A stretch of 64,000 nt of DNA, from positions 1 through 64,000 of the IMG/VR virus record IMGVR_UViG_3300042291_001568, one strand, 5' to 3'. Positions 61,401 through 64,000 of this stretch are shown one piece after another (the stretch's first letter is position 1; each line of letters starts with the position of its first letter). The stretch is from a virus. Below the pieces are notes generated by a model. The model was not told the origin of the DNA. It did not search any database and saw only the letters and a program-made list of their open reading frames with translations. Made by a program: the position numbers and the translations under genes.

Positions 61401-64000
61401 CAAAGTACTTAAAGGCAAAGTCAATACAAAAGTTGTCGATGACGGCTCTCTTCCTGATCTTCCAGACGACCTGTCACCAGGCGTTGAAGGAGATGTTGGC
61501 CGTGACATTACTTTCTCAGTTGAAGAAGATGCAATTGTTCTTAGAGGAAGCACATACGGTGTAAAAGATCAAATAAAAACAGCCAATGGTGGTCCAGCAA
61601 AATATGACGGTGACCGCAAAGCTTGGATTATTCCAGCCAAAACAGACAAAGCTCGCCAAGCAGGACTTGAAAAACTTCAAAAAGTTCTTGCACCAGAAAC
61701 AGTCGCAGAGGCGTCATACGTAGACGTAGTTGTTTCATCAGTTCACCAAGCCAAAGGCGCCGAGTGGGACGAAGTTCGCATGGGCAACGACTTCTTTGGG
61801 CCACGAAAGCCGAAGAAGTCTGACGGCGGCGAAGATGCCGATTGGATTATGCCAACCCCAGTTGAGCTCAACCTCGCGTACGTTGGCGTTACTCGAGCCA
61901 AGAAAACTCTTGACCCTGGCTCACTCAATTGGATTGATAGTTGGGTAAAATCAGATGACCCAGAAATTATGGGACTTGTTGACGGCGTGGTTGTTGCACC
62001 AGAAGCACCAGAAGCACCAGAAGCACCTACAGCAGCAAGTGAAGATGATTCAAGTGCGCCAACAACTTCTCCTGATGTTGACGATGAAGTAGCTGAAACT
62101 GCTGAAACAATAGAAAGTGTTGGAGAAGCTGTTGAAGGAACTAACGATCCATTTGGGCCTGGCGGTGAAGCGCCGTCAGCAGAGCAGCAGGCAAAAGATT
62201 TAGAAGATTCATTTAACGAGTTAAGCGACTATGCGGATTCACTTACTGATCCAGAAGGCGAAAACAACCTTAAGACAGGCGCAAAGAATAAAGTAAAGAA
62301 AGCGCAAAAAGATCTAAAGCAACTTCAAAAAGATCTTGAGGATGGAAGCATTACGCAAGCAGAGGCTACAACCAAGCTTCAGCAAATGATTGCTGAGTTC
62401 CCAGATAGCGACTCAAATACTGAAGAAGCTCTTGACATGTGGACTTACCGGCAGACAATGATAGATCTCGAATCTGTGCTTACGGGAGAGCGCTATATGC
62501 GCCCGACTGGGAAAGGACTTCCACCTAGAGATGCAGTTGACAGCAAAGGCCGACCAGTTGGCTTTTCAAAGAATGGAAAGTTTATTCGCCTCGGAACTCG
62601 AGTCCGCGACAAGTGGGGATTCTCTGGAACAGTTGATTCGTACAACGAAAACGACTGGATTAACGTCAATGTTAGATATGACATTGATCCACGAGATCCT
62701 GCCAAGGTAAAGAAAGGCAAGTGGGGTCCAGGAGTTGCGCGAGTCTCTAAGAATAGCCGCACTCTTACCGTCATCGAGCCCGGCGACCGTGAACCATGGA
62801 TTGACAACGGAAGCGTTCCTGAAAACAAAAAGCCAAAGCAAATAGAAGAGCAAACTAGAATTCATCTAGACATGCTCGAAAAACGTGGTGAAACCGCGTG
62901 GGACGGCTCCGAAAAAGATAGACAAGAGCCAGGCGGCGACCTCCCAAAAGCTGAGGCCCCGCAAGGGGCTACCGAGGCTCCTGAAGAAAGCAAAGCATCA
63001 AAAGCAGAATTCATAAAAAATTCTGACTTTGTTGACGTACTCGCAGAGTACTACACCACGGCTAAACAAGCGTTCAATAAAGGCACACTTACTAAAAAAG
63101 ATTGGGACAGAGTACAGTCTTATTTTGGCTCGGATTCAATAGCCGTTAACAACTTTTTACGTAGTGGGAAGCGGCTGTGGCTTACCAATGACAAAGATAC
63201 TATTGAAAACGTAATCAAATCTATTGACGATATTTTCGATGTTGCTGGTGTTGAATTGCCAGGAAATGTAATCGTATTCCGAGGCATTTACGATGCAGAT
63301 AAGCTCTTCCCAGATGGCGTAAAACCTGGCGACGTGTTTGACGATCTTGGGTACTCTTCTACAAGCATTAAATCTGATGTTGCACGGACCTTTACCAACA
63401 CTGATGAAACAGCAACAGTCTTAGCAATAACTGTTCCGAGCGGAACAAAAATGCTAGCAAACAATACAGCTATTCAGGCTGGTCAACAGAAGAAGGAAAA
63501 AGAGATTTTGCTGCCAAGAGGATTGACATTTAAGGTCACTTCTGTTACCGAGCGCACTAAGCCGAATAAAGCATATTCATTTTTGCCTGAAACGTACAGA
63601 GAAATAGCAGTTGAAATTGTCAGCACTCCTAACGCAAAAGCACCTAAAGCAGAAGAAATACCAGCACCTCCACCATGGAATCCTGACGTAGACGCACCGG
63701 AAGAAACAGCACCCACAGTTGCCAATGCAAAACCAAGCGTCGAGCTTGCAGCTGCTGCTGACGATGCGCGCGTATCATTAGATGCGTACTTTGATGAGAG
63801 CTTTGACAAGGACGATGTTGAGCAGGCAACTAATAGTTTTTCCTTAAAAAAGACTAGCCACGGACAAGCAGCAGACGCAGTCGTTTACCGCAAAGGCGCT
63901 GACGGTTTTGAAGTACTAATGATTTCAAGAGAGTACGGTCCGTTCCGTGGAGCAATGGCTTTGCCTGGTGGATTTAGAGACGGCGAAGAGTCATTCGCTG
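52441..64000 (+). CDS. giant polyvalent protein (more than 3850 aa, runs off the window end)
   Basis: Frame +1 opens at ATG 52441 (ATGA overlap). The ORF track lists no frame +1 ORF after this point, consistent with no stop. Recognisable WYL-like x3, KTSC, ART x2, HipA/PI4K-like kinase, DEDDh exonuclease, UvrD helicase and Nudix motifs. Confidence 0.9.
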   Translation, partial: MSNLHNGSKLRKKDVHSIREAILSMVQEANLRTLPERRVSDKAAITVANRDLEKTKNASVAKREFSALRAVGSFISLATINKVTEASLQNSDLLAIGHPFSTKAHSMTAASLRNERAKWIAADEYIDSSIRSLVIKAHGYEENSMERAHAFARLAAMGPGFVPITASIDLNTATSAYTEFVFGLGLGGNSDMARRLRAKMQRRDRLGRFAFMGGGFSFSFRSKDGRFSKVSGRVVGASGDQDSIDIEVKNHPRLADGIYAMPSSRGTAVRAILDDEIIKDLPQADIDIAADDVFVDEASLTRMMAPTGWTTEESSTQGGKAVSWVHKSEDGYEVYDSPGDPFGRFQLRREKGNGARQPFPKVKSWADVQKQAISDQDLYKDYLEKEQINQDKNKAFDEAAKSGEGPPSKALPGRAWVKHENGQWYERELGRNYDVADEELQKIAKEATGPYLPPKDNDFGKKYKTSTGKWKEWDEGSDESWQYKQDYQKRLNGEYSKLKRLQEAQKAGLFDPKSDIATVRDINGDSSVGEQLRSAITDTAAVRFNYDGKYDVQFTPKSSYVNKKTGKTNFVGLDTKGVQRTYAADKIAPPKSAAKTEVKATIPDAPEAPPVDTTPDVVDLKAAIEGMKLGETKEYVAGLAAKKQKVRFNYSGSERVVEPIEVWVNGQTGRINLRAIDKDVKKNFSFDKIEAPKPSERDIARDQRNADRVDENINNPDNWELKPVGYPATRSEWNYIGPRPRSEDSVGPYISPPQSVLDKYAKDLFGPKDGGPNVDETDTSTDFPMSPEERAAAKARPSERVTNLDGLKGDELTAAIDKAIADKKPLKFTYHEKERLVRPLEVWTNPKTGKVNLRAVEADADTDKNFTLEKIGKPVDEKIKQIDADDIINMPQEQLDDVVDALWPAAAPSQQVAPEATGRRIVDASSSTAVERVEYDPATKELFIQFKSSKDGKGGGVYKYSDVAPEFVDRLESGSIGKMIPELKKNNSSEKLDEFPAGGSGGPGEPPAGGPVVPGNTGDDAVDKLRQAQALIAEMEDSGAFDAAKVDDAIKLVNSASSDFDSFVKSKDAVNQGNAEGQIKNLLEELDDLKSREDVDLAPNFDDYILDVELDVIRFGESDDDGPGEPPTGGPSAGTPGDDAVDKLRQAQALIADLEDSGKYDAKKANAAIKLVEEASKDFDSFLMSKDAVNQGDAEGQIKNLLEELKDLRNRKDVDLAPNFDDYLLDVEADIIRFSELDDDGTGGPGAPSEPPAGGPVNPDKYETEYGFDYPKKVTDENGNQVSRVIVDVVTEDMSLEEIERDFKKKFPGGAMKVIRQRGTNGWPEVQYDVRPGDEDKLGKWYSGDLEPYDYAGDADALDDADTRNLPTAQDYMDDPAVAEDADAGSFFDEPMFDSLFDTPDGAYKLNVFEAYRPVGRTTEDSEDFTDDPDVLATKFDVTELGRALAQAVLPLTNDQATGYGNLPFESGDEPVKAEALYEALGAARMTPNLVLAGLYDSMLDPERGLTNVERITDVSRNDSSLDNGIDDPFTAEILPVADRSAEIDAAIALNEKIGSYRYASNGVQKMRDHSENNPKMLDIAKDLTQREDDDVQFDTINLIDLLDKYLPWASSSDADERDAFRGLWGMMMSLDGGSSIESDSRFEGFRREILSSFERRSGNPTLAQDDYDEFVLQYGGFPEFVAGKKAIADGQDDLSAETSAAAFFRLVKASSRPNTAPLWRSIGVAEGSSEFQKYTVPGSRFDMDPRSFTAQSLETGTFGDIAYSPTDKKIERVIFKLDPGDGDTISAESVSWFPDERENIAFGSFEVIEVTRQPSQLGKTRNDDYVVRIRKVDSGNQTDEQSALPAPGQFSEATQHGDISGWTQVGNQAGSNPGGFYDDPAGNSYYIKQARSQSHADNEALASAFYKELGVPAAEVGFGEKDGVLHLVTPLIDGATPNFEEKVYGGDNEYVKKVQDNFAVDAWLANYDIVGMVYDNVVSDANGEPVRVDPGGALMWRAQGKPKPWFGDTVDELDSMRDPDVNEQAANVFGTMSDDQIKASAQKVANLTPERIEEIIDSVVTSPDDAALLKERLLNRRQYIMDRFGFEEPTDVLGEPQSIASEMGIASKDLQAGDVTVGDSFVIERIFTDADTKKGKVSVQGYFPGHESQVKQWNENTVIMATRGGQLPAKGDAPALHRPVAPAKPQPAAFTGSIADELSGAQSWDEVRSILRGKTIVFFDYETTGFPDKKTGDKSSNQPAQLGAVKVVDGQIVDRFNLFMNPEEPLGGWSRDNLKGADGTPLTDEQLATALDKGEAHRQFIEWAGQDVILAAHNAPFDLGVMNETLGKKGLEYAPTGGVIDTLKLAQTVIASKKAAAHHVNKDQIKTGDPSGPDTHRLGDLASHFGVELGDGWHTADADSEATSNVLNSLIDYAAGADGGDTSLRSVLDAGDSYQSNMAEFEARSAQFKDELANYEIQKAIAAAWNCRGGTVASIAALIAAIDDPDCNVPSIDDLIKAATPGGTDFVDPEGLHTGDSSTGDAYTLEAEEIPEMDGVEPPFIPGIEDPDDEFRPSDQQQAVVEALFTGGDIVIRAAAGAGKTSTLKILARRLQKHKPKERVAYIAFNATVAAEARESMPSNVEVRTADSISVNWTKLNFPKLHKKKGAKDTLYSPSDIATHLKVPAMTGMDNKGKPAKLPVSESVKELRKAIYQFTISADKEIGPQHFDSDAVEASDIPKLVEAAERWWADILSENGKMLFSFPHMKKMWALSNPDLSDDSGGLKTPASVIFMDEAQDINPVLGRVIAAQTAQKVYVGDENQAIYQFMGAEDELQKVTVQHDLPLTKSYRFGEVIARNANRYLRFKERFLGEKKTFAVEGAGKFPGEIVAAGSMKNAQAVLVRSNAGAFREVRTELLNDRIVGVTKGFKADLDNFIIAVDWLQAPEATRGSRPMRVPEELRGYKNWAEIVDEAAKEGDSDFSRKTRILVDDVEQLGLEELKSLASRVKVLKGKVNTKVVDDGSLPDLPDDLSPGVEGDVGRDITFSVEEDAIVLRGSTYGVKDQIKTANGGPAKYDGDRKAWIIPAKTDKARQAGLEKLQKVLAPETVAEASYVDVVVSSVHQAKGAEWDEVRMGNDFFGPRKPKKSDGGEDADWIMPTPVELNLAYVGVTRAKKTLDPGSLNWIDSWVKSDDPEIMGLVDGVVVAPEAPEAPEAPTAASEDDSSAPTTSPDVDDEVAETAETIESVGEAVEGTNDPFGPGGEAPSAEQQAKDLEDSFNELSDYADSLTDPEGENNLKTGAKNKVKKAQKDLKQLQKDLEDGSITQAEATTKLQQMIAEFPDSDSNTEEALDMWTYRQTMIDLESVLTGERYMRPTGKGLPPRDAVDSKGRPVGFSKNGKFIRLGTRVRDKWGFSGTVDSYNENDWINVNVRYDIDPRDPAKVKKGKWGPGVARVSKNSRTLTVIEPGDREPWIDNGSVPENKKPKQIEEQTRIHLDMLEKRGETAWDGSEKDRQEPGGDLPKAEAPQGATEAPEESKASKAEFIKNSDFVDVLAEYYTTAKQAFNKGTLTKKDWDRVQSYFGSDSIAVNNFLRSGKRLWLTNDKDTIENVIKSIDDIFDVAGVELPGNVIVFRGIYDADKLFPDGVKPGDVFDDLGYSSTSIKSDVARTFTNTDETATVLAITVPSGTKMLANNTAIQAGQQKKEKEILLPRGLTFKVTSVTERTKPNKAYSFLPETYREIAVEIVSTPNAKAPKAEEIPAPPPWNPDVDAPEETAPTVANAKPSVELAAAADDARVSLDAYFDESFDKDDVEQATNSFSLKKTSHGQAADAVVYRKGADGFEVLMISREYGPFRGAMALPGGFRDGEESFA
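55444..56160 (+). repeat. internal tandem duplication of 357 bp (119 aa) in the giant ORF
   Basis: GGTGACGATGCTGTTGATAAACTGCGCCAAGCACAGGCGCTCATCGCCGA occurs at 55492 and 55849. Confidence 0.9.

Noticed and set aside
52468-63829. Dozens of short ORFs on the minus strand and in frame +2
   Set aside because: They are shadows of the single long frame +1 ORF, which carries recognisable enzyme motifs.
1-64000. Stop-codon reassignment (alternative genetic code)
   Set aside because: Conserved genes (nrdJ, thyX, terL, portal) are full length in the standard code, and TAG, TAA and TGA all terminate well-supported genes.

Overview
This window is part of a large tailed dsDNA phage genome, very probably infecting freshwater Actinomycetota (two WhiB genes, DUF3039, an actinobacterial ferredoxin and Thr-stalked surface proteins; the host assignment is inference). 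It has five blocks. (1) 1-3.7 kb, + strand: class II ribonucleotide reductase and WhiB. (2) 3.7-13.7 kb, mostly - strand: host-like accessory genes (clavaminate-synthase-like oxygenase, nucleotidyltransferase, secreted subtilase, ferredoxin, thermonuclease, 1094-aa surface protein). (3) 14-17.5 kb: tRNA-Thr(UGU), holin-like, histone-H1-like, TerS-like and CHAP-like genes. (4) 17.5-45.3 kb: about 75 mostly tiny + strand genes arranged as single-gene cassettes behind about 58 copies (manual count) of one promoter motif, AA(A/T)CTA(G/A)GGATTGTATAAT. The upstream gene's stop codon is often the TAG/TAA inside that motif. The array also holds several promoter-driven structured RNAs with no ORF, three WGR paralogs, a MoxR/vWA pair, ThyX and an HslV-like protease. 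A second fixed-spacing motif, CCGGCCTG-N19-TGACGGG, occurs in clusters. (5) 45.3-64 kb: TerL, a non-coding tract with five 66-bp repeats, DUF1360, portal, and an unterminated ORF of more than 3850 codons (52441 to the window end, absent from the ORF track). That ORF fuses 3 WYL-like, KTSC, 2 ADP-ribosyltransferase, HipA/PI4K-like kinase, DEDDh exonuclease, UvrD-like helicase and Nudix domains. All family calls are from motif recognition by eye; no database search was run.
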